64,000 nt of DNA from Gammaproteobacteria bacterium (GCA_027081275.1 JALWKV010000002.1:1071-65070); one strand, 5' to 3'. Positions 8,514 to 19,424 are shown, numbered from the stretch's first letter. Made by a program: numbers and translations. The notes: generated from the letters alone by a model not told the origin.

Positions 8514-10625
8514 TCAGTGGCCGGTGGGCTTGCTGGCCGTGCTGGAGGCGATCGCCAGGCTGTTGGCCTGCATGTTGCCGTTGCCGGATGACATGTTCAC
8601 GCCGATGTTGCCGCTGGCGCCGGACAGCGCATTGCCGCCCAGTACGACCCGGTTGACGGCGTTGTCGACGAGGATGTGCGTCTTGTAGGTAACGGTGCCC
8701 GAGACTTCCGTGGCCAGATTGATGTCAGACATCTCTTCGAAGCTCAGCGTGCCATTTTCGCTGCCGTTGCTGGAGGCGTTGACACTGCCGTTGATCTTGC
8801 CCGATTCACTCCCCGCGTACTTGCCGGAGGAGCTGGCCTGGGTCGAACCTGCGGCCTGGCCCTGGTAGCTTCCTTCCGCCTTGGCCTTCAGCTCGCCTTT
8901 TTCGTTGCCGCGATACTCGCCGGCCTCTCGTCCCTTGTACACACCTTGGGAGACTGCAGCGGTTTTACCCGCTTCCTCCCCCTGGTAGTAGCCTTCGTTC
9001 GTGGTTCTGAGCTTGCCCTGCTCGGTCCCCGCGAACTTGCCGGACTCCTTGCCCTCGTAGATGCCCTTGATTGTGGCCGAGGTGCTGCCTTCTTCCCTGC
9101 CTCGATAACGACCCTGGCTCGTCGCCCGGGTCTCGCCACTGGCGTCGCCGCGGAATTTGCCGCTTTCGCTGCCTTCATACTCGCCGACAGAGAGCGCTGC
9201 CGTGACGCCCACTTCGCCACCGCTGTAGCTGCCACTGCTGGTGCCGCTGTATGCGCCGGTCTCGCCACCGGTGATCTGTCCTGAAGCGTTGCCTTCATAG
9301 CTGCCGTTGGATGTCCCCTCGTAGGTGCCTTTTTCTTTCATCACGGTGATGCCGACGACAGGCAGCTTGTGTTTTCCTTTGTAGTTGCCGCTCTGCTCGG
9401 CACTTGTGGTGCCGGATTCGGTGCCGTTGTAGGAGGCCGCTATTTCGCCGTTGTAGAAGCCGCTGGTCTGGCTCTGGGTCGTTCCCGCCTCGACGCCGAT
9501 GTAACCACCGATCGATGCGGCTTCCGTGGTGCCTTCCTGCTCGCCTTCGTAGGTGCCGTTGATGGTGCCCTTGTAGCTGCCCGCGATGTGCGCCTGCGTA
9601 TTGCCGCGTGCCACGCCCTCGTAGTTGCCTGTCGACTTGGCGGCGGTCTTGCCGTAGCTCTCACCGTTGTATTCGCCTTGCAGTCTTCCAGCGTATTCGC
9701 CGGTGCTGTGCCCCGCGGTTCGTCCGCCGGTCTCACCCGCGTAGATGCCCAGCGAGATCCCTGCTGTCGCACCCTCCGCCTGACCGTTGTAGCGGCCCGC
9801 TTCCTGGCCCTGGTACGCGCCGGCGATGTTGGCGGTGGTTGTACCTTTCTCGGCGCCCTTGTAGCTGCCTGTCAGCTGCGCCGACGTGGCGCCGCTCGCG
9901 CTGCCGCTGTAGTTGGCGTTCACGCTGCCGTTGATATTCGCGTTGGTCTGACCGGCGTAGCTGCCCTTGCCAACGCCCCTGGAGGTACCGTTCGATTCGC
10001 CCTTGAGTTCGATCGTGGTGGAATCGGAGACGACGTCGTAGCGACCTTCGGTGGTGACCGAGTTGCCGATTGACTCCTGATGGACGCCGGCGGAAGCCGC
10101 CACTGGTCCGGTTGAGGAGACCGATACGGCAAAATCGTTCTTTTGCAGATTGAAATTGCCGGAAGCGATGTTGGCGCCGACGTTGCCGCTAACGTTGCTG
10201 ATGGCGTAACCATCGAGCCATGCCTCATTGCGACTGCCCGAGCTGGAAAACCTGTTGCCGTTGATGCGCTGCTCGACGAAAACCTCGGCCGTCGGGTCGC
10301 CGAAGACAAAGGACGCATCGCTGTCGGACGTGGCGATGGCAGCGGCGTTGGCCTGCATGTTGTTGTCGCCCGAGGAAATGTTCACGCCCATGTTGCCGGA
10401 GGTATCCTTCATAGCGTTCTCGTTGAGCGACGACTGGTTGTCGGCTGACTTGACGACAATGGCGTTGCCTTCGGCTGCCTGCCTATCGGAGACCGATGCC
10501 ATTGCCTGGGCCGCGACGGTATTGCCGTTTTGTGCCGGCGTCGTTTCGGTCGCAAGCAGCGGGGTGCTCGTGATGCATGCGGTGACTGCGACACAGATTG
10601 CAGTTTTCTTGTATTGGATTTTCAT
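8514..10625 (-). CDS. fapC: FapC-like amyloid major subunit with a greatly expanded repetitive linker (703 aa)
   Basis: After the signal peptide there are two N-terminal Fap repeats (SGNMGVNISSGDNNMQANAAAIA and SGNVGANIASGNFNLQKNDFAVS) and one C-terminal Fap repeat (SGNIGVNMSSGNGNMQANSLAIAS). They are separated by ~450 aa of 11-residue GxYxGxxxGxx repeats. The ATG at 10625 has a GGGAGAAGAGAG ribosome-binding site, whereas the ORF-track start at 10643 is TTG. Confidence 0.8.
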   Translation of the reverse strand: MKIQYKKTAICVAVTACITSTPLLATETTPAQNGNTVAAQAMASVSDRQAAEGNAIVVKSADNQSSLNENAMKDTSGNMGVNISSGDNNMQANAAAIATSDSDASFVFGDPTAEVFVEQRINGNRFSSSGSRNEAWLDGYAISNVSGNVGANIASGNFNLQKNDFAVSVSSTGPVAASAGVHQESIGNSVTTEGRYDVVSDSTTIELKGESNGTSRGVGKGSYAGQTNANINGSVNANYSGSASGATSAQLTGSYKGAEKGTTTANIAGAYQGQEAGRYNGQAEGATAGISLGIYAGETGGRTAGHSTGEYAGRLQGEYNGESYGKTAAKSTGNYEGVARGNTQAHIAGSYKGTINGTYEGEQEGTTEAASIGGYIGVEAGTTQSQTSGFYNGEIAASYNGTESGTTSAEQSGNYKGKHKLPVVGITVMKEKGTYEGTSNGSYEGNASGQITGGETGAYSGTSSGSYSGGEVGVTAALSVGEYEGSESGKFRGDASGETRATSQGRYRGREEGSTSATIKGIYEGKESGKFAGTEQGKLRTTNEGYYQGEEAGKTAAVSQGVYKGREAGEYRGNEKGELKAKAEGSYQGQAAGSTQASSSGKYAGSESGKINGSVNASSNGSENGTLSFEEMSDINLATEVSGTVTYKTHILVDNAVNRVVLGGNALSGASGNIGVNMSSGNGNMQANSLAIASSTASKPTGH

Positions 10626-10654
10626 AAGACTCTCTTCTCCCAAGTGGATTGATG

Positions 10655-11314
10655 TTATGGAGTGGTTTGCATGAACACGCGGTTTTGCGTGACGTTGTGC
10701 ATCCCTGCTGCCTGGTTGAGCTGAAGCACGCCCTTGACGCCTCGGAAGGCCGTCTTGTCGACATGTGCGGTGCGAATGCCGCCGGATTTCCTGTCATTGG
10801 ACCGTCCGGATGCAGCGGCGACATCCAGTGAAGTCTGCGCCAGCAGATCATCGGTCAGCTCCGCCGGCAGTCTTTCATGTGAAATGGTGATGGCATTGCT
10901 TTCCAGATTGCCGGCGCCGCTGGCCTGGTTGATCGACAGTAGACCAACCGTGTTTTGAAATGCGTTTTCGCGGATGCTGGTGGTCAAGGCGTCGGCGGAT
11001 GTTGCGCCGGCCAGTGATGAAACCTGTCTGATGCTGGCTGTGGCCGGCCCCGAGCCGGCGCCTTCATTGATCGCGCGGACGTTGGCCTGCAGGTTGAAAT
11101 CTCCTGCTGCCTGGTTGATCCCGACGATCCCCTTGACATTACTGAGTGCGTTGTTGGTGATGATGGCGTCGCTGAGATGGCCGAAGTCTTCGGTAGCCGT
11201 CAGCGGCTGGGTCGTGCCGGCGAGCGCCAGCCCTATTGCCGAGGCGGTGAAGAAACGTCGAAACGGATATTCCGAAAATGGTATCCGCCTGTTCTGACTG
11301 GTCTTGCTGGACAT
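10655..11314 (-). CDS. fapB: FapB-like amyloid minor subunit / nucleator
   Basis: It has a signal peptide plus three Fap repeats (GIVGINQAAGDFNLQANVRAIN, VGLLSINQASGAGNLESNAITI, KGVLQLNQAAGMHNVTQNRVFM) matching the GxxGxNQAAGxxNxQxN consensus. It is the first gene of the operon, with a GGGAGGA ribosome-binding site. Confidence 0.75.
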   Translation of the reverse strand: MSSKTSQNRRIPFSEYPFRRFFTASAIGLALAGTTQPLTATEDFGHLSDAIITNNALSNVKGIVGINQAAGDFNLQANVRAINEGAGSGPATASIRQVSSLAGATSADALTTSIRENAFQNTVGLLSINQASGAGNLESNAITISHERLPAELTDDLLAQTSLDVAAASGRSNDRKSGGIRTAHVDKTAFRGVKGVLQLNQAAGMHNVTQNRVFMQTTP

Positions 11315-11343
11315 AGATCCTCCCGTTTGCTGCGAGGGGTAAT

Positions 11344-11358
11344 GCAGAAGGTGTGCCA
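11344..11358 (-). promoter_or_regulatory. sigma-54 (-24/-12) promoter of the fap operon
   Basis: The minus strand reads cTGGCACaccttcTGCat: a perfect TGGCAC -24 box, GG-N10-GC spacing and a TGC -12 element. It ends ~30 nt upstream of the fapB ATG. Confidence 0.5.
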
Positions 11359-11418
11359 GCGTCGTAACAGGCTGTAAACCCAGGTGTTTCTGTTGTCGTA
11401 GGGCCCCGGCTCGGGGGT

Positions 11419-11508
11419 GATCTGTTCAGATCTTTTACAGCGCTTGAGCCGCTTCCCAGCCATTCCGCGGTTTTCACGGAAAAAGCGGCTGTTCAGGATC
11501 TGAACAGC
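11419..11508. promoter_or_regulatory. Two related palindromic sites (GATCTG-TT-CAGATC at 11419-11432; GCTGTTCAG-GAT-CTGAACAGC at 11488-11508), candidate enhancer for the sigma-54 activator
   Basis: The two perfect dyads are centred ~70 bp apart, 75-145 bp upstream of the -24 box. This is the typical geometry for an enhancer-binding-protein site. The divergent lipoprotein gene shares this region. Confidence 0.4.
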
Positions 11509-11809
11509 TGGGGACGCGGCAGGTGGCTGGCGCTTGGGGAAGAAGAGAGGTTGGATCTGTGGGAGCGTACTGTACGGGACGCAACGGCGGATGGCCGCGA
11601 GAAGCGCGGACTACATGATGAAGTGAAGAGTTTCACAGAATCGTCGGAGAATGGCGATCCTTCTTATGATTGCTGAACTTTGCGCAAAATCCCCCTGTCG
11701 GATTGGTACCGATGGTTGCCGCGCCGGGAATTGCCCGGGGTTGTGGCCGTGTCGGATCCGGTACTTCAATCGCAAATGAGCTTCGCTCAAACGACTCGGG
11801 GTAGACACC

Positions 11810-12841
11810 ATGCGCGCCAGATACGCCACGCTTTTTCTTTCCAGCCTGCTGTTTCTTGCAGCCTGTGACCCCGAAGAAACAGGCTACAAGGACTGGTCGT
11901 TTCTGACCGCGGACAAGAGCGGGGTGCTTGGCGCACCACTGATATCGGGCATGGCCTACAGCACATCGACCAATCACGGGCTGACCGATGACAAGGGCCG
12001 CTTCAACTACCGCGACGGCCAGCAGATCGGTTTCTCCATCGGCGACATCAATCTGCCGCGCGTGACCGCCAAGCCGCTGATCCGGCTGGTGGACTTCGGT
12101 GGCGGGCAGGAGAACCAGGTGGTGCGCAATATTCGCCGTCTGCTGTGGACGCTGGACACCGACGGCAATCCGGCCAACGGCATCACCATCGACGCGATCG
12201 CGCGGGAAAGGGCCAAGTCCGCCCTGGTCGACTTCAACATGCCCACCGATGCCGCTTTCGAGGCGAATGTGGCCAACTATCTGGCGCGGGTGAAACCGGC
12301 CAATCCGGTGCTGGTCTCGCTCGATGCCGCAGCGCCGGCAGCGGGCGGCACGACACCGGCGGCGAGTACAGGTGGACATGGGGGCGGCGCGGGCCAGATC
12401 CCGGTCGATCCGCCCGCGCCGGCAACATCTTCCGAGTCGACATCCGGGACGCCGACGGCGCTCGAGCCTCCGCGCCGGCTGACGGTCAACGCGGCTGCCA
12501 TCGGCATGAATATCGTCTCCGAGGATGGCGCCGGTTATGTCTTTGAAGCGCAGGCCGGCAAGACGTACACGATCACCGTGGTGCCGAAGACGCCGACCGA
12601 TGATCCCGAGGTATTCGTCTTCCGCAACTTGACCGACATGCGCAATTACTGGAGCGTGGAAGCGATCGGCGGGGTGGACTCGCCGGAAGCGACGGCATTG
12701 CGGGTCGGCATTTCGACCAGCGAGCCGGGCATGACGGAAACGATCTCGTTTACGGCCGATCGTGGCGGCGACTACTTCATCATGATCGTCGATACCTCGA
12801 ATCGCGGGAATGCGACGATCACGGTGACCGAGCAGCCGTAG
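11810..12841 (+). CDS. lipoprotein of unknown function (lipobox LFLAAC), Ala/Gly/Pro/Thr-rich linker, C-terminal beta-rich domain
   Basis: It has a signal peptide with a lipobox cysteine and coherent codon usage. It is divergent from the fap operon. No family was recognised. Confidence 0.6.
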   Translation: MRARYATLFLSSLLFLAACDPEETGYKDWSFLTADKSGVLGAPLISGMAYSTSTNHGLTDDKGRFNYRDGQQIGFSIGDINLPRVTAKPLIRLVDFGGGQENQVVRNIRRLLWTLDTDGNPANGITIDAIARERAKSALVDFNMPTDAAFEANVANYLARVKPANPVLVSLDAAAPAAGGTTPAASTGGHGGGAGQIPVDPPAPATSSESTSGTPTALEPPRRLTVNAAAIGMNIVSEDGAGYVFEAQAGKTYTITVVPKTPTDDPEVFVFRNLTDMRNYWSVEAIGGVDSPEATALRVGISTSEPGMTETISFTADRGGDYFIMIVDTSNRGNATITVTEQP

Positions 12842-12945
12842 GGCGACACAAACAATGGGGGAAAGGGACCATCCTCCGCCAGACGATTGCCTGAATCCGA
12901 GGTTTCGATGCCGGTGCAGTGCCGTAGCCAGGCGCGGAGGTCTGC

Positions 12946-13488
12946 CTACGGATTCCGGTGGCGGTTCTCCGCATGTTGCCGCATCAGCTTGACGTAGTGT
13001 GCGGCGGAGTAGCGCAGGTAGTTCTTTTCCTCGTCGCCAAGCGGTCGCGCGCGCCGTACCGGCGAGCCGAGCCAGAGGTAGCCGCCTTCCAGCCTTTTTC
13101 CCGGCGGCACGAGCGAGCCGGCGCCGAGCATGACGCCCGGCTCCAGCGTCGCCTTGTCGAGGACGATGCTGCCCATCCCGATCAGGCAGCCGTCGCCGAT
13201 GGTGCAGGCATGCAGCGTCGCATTGTGGCCCACGGTCACGTCGTTTCCGATCACGAGCGGGGAGCCGCCGGGGGAGTAGTGGCTGTCATGGGTGACGTGG
13301 AGCACCGAGCCATCCTGGATATTGGTGCGCACGCCTATGTCGATGCGGTGAATGTCGCCGCGGATGACGGTCTGCGGCCAGACGGAGCTTTCCTCGCCGA
13401 TCGTGACCCGGCCGATTACGGTGGCCTGCGGGTCGATCCAGGCAGAGGCGGCAATCCGCGGTGTCCATTGCTGGTGGCGTCTGATCAT
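12946..13488 (-). CDS. gamma-class carbonic anhydrase-like hexapeptide-repeat protein (YrdA/PaaY family)
   Basis: It has a left-handed beta-helix hexapeptide pattern (IGDGCLIGMGSIVLDKATLEPGVMLGAGSLV) and is 180 aa. Confidence 0.8.
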   Translation of the reverse strand: MIRRHQQWTPRIAASAWIDPQATVIGRVTIGEESSVWPQTVIRGDIHRIDIGVRTNIQDGSVLHVTHDSHYSPGGSPLVIGNDVTVGHNATLHACTIGDGCLIGMGSIVLDKATLEPGVMLGAGSLVPPGKRLEGGYLWLGSPVRRARPLGDEEKNYLRYSAAHYVKLMRQHAENRHRNP

Positions 13489-13689
13489 CTTTCGAGATTC
13501 CCGGTGGTTTGTCTGTCAGTATAGAGGCTGAGTCGGGGAGTTCATATCGGCGAAAGAGGCGGGTTACCGGTTTTTTCTCCGCCCTGTCCACCGCAGGATC
13601 AATTGACTCCTTGTCTACCGCCTCCGCCCCGATCCAGTGGATTCAGGTAGAATGCGGCGGTCGATATTGCCGCTGTTCCGCGTTCCGCC

Positions 13690-14577
13690 ATGCAACCATT
13701 GCACCCCCCGATGAATGTATTCGATCGCCTTCAGGCCTATGCGCAGCTGATCCGCTTCGATCGCCCGATCGGGACGCTGCTGCTGCTGTGGCCGACCTTG
13801 TGGGCATTGTGGATTGCGGCGGACGGCATTCCCGATCCGACGGTGCTGGTGGTCTTCTGCCTTGGCGTTTTTCTGATGCGTTCGGCCGGCTGCGCCATCA
13901 ACGACTATGCGGATCGCGAGATCGATCCGCATGTGGAGCGCACCCGTGACCGTCCGCTGGCGGCCGGGCGCATATCGCCGGCCGAGGCCCTCGGCGTCTT
14001 CGTCGTGCTGTCGCTGCTGGCATTTTCGCTGTTGATCTTTCTCAATGACGTGACGCGGTGGATGTCGGTCGGCGCGCTGCTGCTGGCCGCGAGCTACCCC
14101 TTCATGAAGCGCTTTCACCATCTGCCGCAGATCCATCTCGGCATCGCCTTCGCCTGGGCGGTGCCAATGGCCTATACCGCGCAGACCGGCGCCTTCCCCG
14201 ATCGTGCTGGCTGGATGCTGTTCATCGCCGCGGTGCTCTGGACCACGGCCTACGACACGATGTATGCGATGGCGGATCGGGACGAGGATCTGCAGATCGG
14301 CGTCAAGTCGACCGCGATCCTCTTTGGCGACGCGGATCGCGTCATCATTGGCCTGCTCCAGGCGATGATGCTGTTCGCGCTCTATCTGGTCGGCAGGGAG
14401 GAGGGGCTGCGCTGGCCTTGGTATATCGGCCTCGCCGCCGCCGCGCTCTTCAGCCTCTACCAGCAGTTTCTTATCCGTCAGCGGCGACCCCGGGACTGCT
14501 TTCGCGCCTTCCTCAACAACAACTATCTGGGCATGACGCTGTTTCTGGCGCTGGTGGTGGATATGGCGCTGTACTGA
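13690..14577 (+). CDS. ubiA: 4-hydroxybenzoate octaprenyltransferase
   Basis: UbiA prenyltransferase motifs [26 protein letters not shown] are present in a polytopic membrane protein. Confidence 0.9.
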   Translation: MQPLHPPMNVFDRLQAYAQLIRFDRPIGTLLLLWPTLWALWIAADGIPDPTVLVVFCLGVFLMRSAGCAINDYADREIDPHVERTRDRPLAAGRISPAEALGVFVVLSLLAFSLLIFLNDVTRWMSVGALLLAASYPFMKRFHHLPQIHLGIAFAWAVPMAYTAQTGAFPDRAGWMLFIAAVLWTTAYDTMYAMADRDEDLQIGVKSTAILFGDADRVIIGLLQAMMLFALYLVGREEGLRWPWYIGLAAAALFSLYQQFLIRQRRPRDCFRAFLNNNYLGMTLFLALVVDMALY

Positions 14578-14714
14578 GAAGCGCGTCGTCTGTAAAACCT
14601 TGTTGTGAAAGCGTTTGCCCGGGAACCCTGGCCGACACGCGGTGTCGAAAACAGTAATGCTTCCCGTTCCCGGCGAAGGCCGGGCATCAGCCCGTCCCTT
14701 TTCGGACTGTTTTC

Positions 14715-15770
14715 ATGTCGAAACGATTTCCCTACCTGATCGCCGCGGCCCGTTGTCTTCTTCAAGCTGTTCCCGTTCATCGCCTCATGCGCCCTCTCTA
14801 CGGTGGAATCGGCACCATTTTCATGCTGCATCGTGTGCGGCCGCTGAGCGCGGAACCCCGTCTGCCTGACAATGCCCGGTTGGAAGTCTCGCCGGCGTTT
14901 CTGGCGTCGCTTGTCGATTTTGTTGTCGATACCGGTTTCGATGTGGTGTCGCTCGACGAGGCGCATGCGCGACTGGTTGGAAAATCTGACGGTAGACGTT
15001 TTGTCTGCTTTACCTTCGATGATGGTTACGCGGACAACTATGAATATGCTTACCCCGTTTTTCGTGAACGTGGCCTGCCGTTCGCGGTGTACGTTGCCTC
15101 GGGGTACATGAGCCGTTCCAGCATATTGTGGCACTGCATGCTGGAAAAGCTGCTGTTGCGCCATGATGAGATCCGCTACGAGCTGGATGGCGTCTCCCGA
15201 GTGGAGCGGGCGGTGACCATGGAGGAGAAGGAGGCGCTCTACGACCGTCTCTGCAACATCGTTATGGGGCTGCCGTCGGCGCGCTGGCCGGCGCTGTTCG
15301 ATTCGCTGTTCGACGATACGGGCATTCGGCCCGAGCAGTTCCATGCGGAGGTGATGGACTGGGATCAGGTGACGGCGCTTGCGCGGGATCCGCTGGTGAC
15401 CATCGGGGCGCACACGGTCAATCACTACAACCTGGCGCTACTGGAGGAGGCGCAGGCGCATTGGGAGATCGCCGAGTCGAAACGGATTCTCGAGCAGCGT
15501 ACCGGGCGCCCGGTCAGGCATTTCGCCTATCCATTCGGGCTCGCCGCCCATGCGGGTGAAAGGGAGTTTAGACTGGTCGAGTCCTGCGGTTTCGACACGG
15601 CGACGACGACCCGTGAAGGCAATCTGTTCCCCGCCCACCGTGGGCATCTCCACTGCCTGCCGCGGATCGAGGTGACGGGGCGGCATCAGGATGTGGCTTT
15701 CGTTGACATGCGCCTGAGTGGCGTCGTCGCCCTGTGGCGGTATGGCCCGCAGCGGGTGGTCACGGCCTAG
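14715..15770 (+). CDS. polysaccharide deacetylase family protein (NodB homology, CE4)
   Basis: FTFDDGY ... HTVNHYNL ... YPFG motifs of the CE4 NodB domain are present. Confidence 0.75.
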   Translation: MSKRFPYLIAAARCLLQAVPVHRLMRPLYGGIGTIFMLHRVRPLSAEPRLPDNARLEVSPAFLASLVDFVVDTGFDVVSLDEAHARLVGKSDGRRFVCFTFDDGYADNYEYAYPVFRERGLPFAVYVASGYMSRSSILWHCMLEKLLLRHDEIRYELDGVSRVERAVTMEEKEALYDRLCNIVMGLPSARWPALFDSLFDDTGIRPEQFHAEVMDWDQVTALARDPLVTIGAHTVNHYNLALLEEAQAHWEIAESKRILEQRTGRPVRHFAYPFGLAAHAGEREFRLVESCGFDTATTTREGNLFPAHRGHLHCLPRIEVTGRHQDVAFVDMRLSGVVALWRYGPQRVVTA

Positions 15771-15997
15771 ATCGTGCTTTTTGCCGGGGTGTCTCGTCCA
15801 GCCAGTCTGAGCGGGTTTCAACGTTTTGTTACGTTGGCCAAGCGCCATTGCGCCGGCGATGAAAAGGACGGATCGCCTCGCCGATGGTTCGGGCGCGGGC
15901 TCCGTGGCAGGCGATGAAGGGAGCAGAATCCGTTGACCCGTTCCTGGTCTGGCTGTATGATTCCGCCTCTTTTTTTCGATGAGTGTGTGGAGTCCTT

Positions 15998-16309
15998 ATG
16001 TACGCGGTAATCGCTACTGGTGGGAAACAGTACAGAGTATCCGAAGGTGACGTGATCCGTATCGAGACGTTGCCAGCGGAAGAGAGCGAGGAGATTACCT
16101 TCGACAAGGTGCTGCTCGTGGCCGACGGCGATGACGTCAACATTGGCGCCCCCTATGTCGAGGGTGGCAAGGTCAGCGCCATTGTCAATGGGCATGGCCG
16201 TGGCAAGAAGATCGAGATCATCAAGTTCAAGCGCCGGAAGCACCATCGCAAGCAGATGGGGCATCGCCAGAATTTCACCGAAGTGAAGATCACTGGCATC
16301 AGCGTTTGA
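15998..16309 (+). CDS. rplU: 50S ribosomal protein L21
   Basis: [23 protein letters not shown]... The ATG at 15998 is preferred over the track start. Confidence 0.9.
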   Translation: MYAVIATGGKQYRVSEGDVIRIETLPAEESEEITFDKVLLVADGDDVNIGAPYVEGGKVSAIVNGHGRGKKIEIIKFKRRKHHRKQMGHRQNFTEVKITGISV

Positions 16310-16331
16310 TCCCGGCCGGTTTAGTTTCAGG

Positions 16332-16534
16332 GTAACTACTCAGCTCGTTCGGAAATACATCCGTGACTACTCAGGTTGCCCCTGGAATCCGACAGTTCAA
16401 GGCAGAATCGCACCGCCATCCATGGCTCCTTGCGAAATACAGCCCTTCCATGGGCATAAATGTGAGTTTACAAAGGTAAATGAGCATTTTCGAACGCAGA
16501 AATGGCGGATTTCAGGGGTGAGCTGAGTGGTCAC
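16332..16534 (+). mobile_element. MITE-like element family D, copy 1 (~31-bp terminal inverted repeats GTAACTRCTCAGMTYRCCYCTGARATCCGSC)
   Basis: It is inserted between rplU and rpmA. Its reverse complement matches 16882-17058 almost base for base. It carries a partial duplication of its own terminal inverted repeat at the 5' end. Confidence 0.65.
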
Positions 16535-16554
16535 GTTTCAAGAGGAATTAGCAG

Positions 16555-16818
16555 ATGGCACACAAGAAAGCTGGCGGCAGTACGCGCAACGGCCGCGATT
16601 CGATTTCCAAGCGCCTTGGCGTCAAGCGCTTTGGCGGTGAGGTTGTCAGGGCAGGCAACATTCTGGTGCGGCAGCGCGGCACCAAGTTCCACGCTGGCGA
16701 GAATGTCGGCTGTGGCAAGGACTACACGCTGTTTGCCAAGGTCGACGGCAAGGTCGTCTTCCGCACCAAGGGCATCAAGAACCGCAAGTATGTGAGTGTG
16801 GAGCCGCTGGCCTCCTGA
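16555..16818 (+). CDS. rpmA: 50S ribosomal protein L27
   Basis: [28 protein letters not shown]... An AAGAGGA ribosome-binding site is retained immediately after the end of the MITE. Confidence 0.95.
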   Translation: MAHKKAGGSTRNGRDSISKRLGVKRFGGEVVRAGNILVRQRGTKFHAGENVGCGKDYTLFAKVDGKVVFRTKGIKNRKYVSVEPLAS

Positions 16819-16852
16819 TCACTGACGACCGAAAGGTTTCTCCTCACCAGCA

Positions 16853-16879
16853 AAGCCCCGCCGAGTGCGGGGCTTTTGC
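16853..16879 (+). terminator. rho-independent terminator after rpmA
   Basis: A GCCCCGC-cgagt-GCGGGGC hairpin is followed by TTTTG. Confidence 0.6.
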
Positions 16880-16881
16880 GT

Positions 16882-17058
16882 TGTAACTGCTCAGCTCACC
16901 TCTGAAATCCGCCATTTCTGCGTTCGAAAATGCTCATTTACCTTTGTAAACTCACATTTATGCCCATGGAAGGGCTGTATTTCGCAAGGAGCCATGGATG
17001 GCGGTGCGATTCTGCCCTGAACTGACGGATTTCAGAGGCAATCTGAGCAGTTGCAGGC
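16882..17058 (-). mobile_element. MITE-like element family D, copy 2 (inverted relative to copy 1)
   Basis: It is the reverse complement of 16359-16534 and lies between the rpmA terminator and obg. Confidence 0.65.
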
Positions 17059-17122
17059 GTATTTCTGAGGGAACCGAGTTGCTACTGCGTTACACTTTCC
17101 GCATCCGGCGCTTGTGTCGTGA

Positions 17123-19304
<2,182 letters not shown>

Positions 19305-19368
19305 TGTCGCCACAAGGACCTGTAGCGCCGGGCGCGCAGCGTGGAACGCCTCTTATACCGCGCCCATG

Positions 19369-19392
19369 AAAAAGGCCGACGCATGGTCGGCC
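19369..19392 (-). terminator. rho-independent terminator of rpsT (bidirectional hairpin between convergent proB and rpsT)
   Basis: AAAAA-GGCCGAC-gcatg-GTCGGCC gives a T-run on the minus strand. Confidence 0.6.
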
Positions 19393-19424
19393 CTTGAAAA
19401 TGAAAAGCGTTGTCGTATGTATCC

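Noticed and set aside
8700-9950. 33-bp periodic DNA repeats as a CRISPR-like or minisatellite array
   Set aside because: The periodicity lies inside a continuous, well-supported reading frame (the FapC linker). The repeats are imperfect at the DNA level with no spacer/repeat alternation. No CRISPR array is present in the window.
16332-17058. Composite transposon carrying rpmA
   Set aside because: rpmA is in its universally conserved rplU-rpmA-obg position with its own ribosome-binding site and terminator. Two independent MITE insertions into the flanking spacers are more parsimonious than mobilisation of a ribosomal gene.
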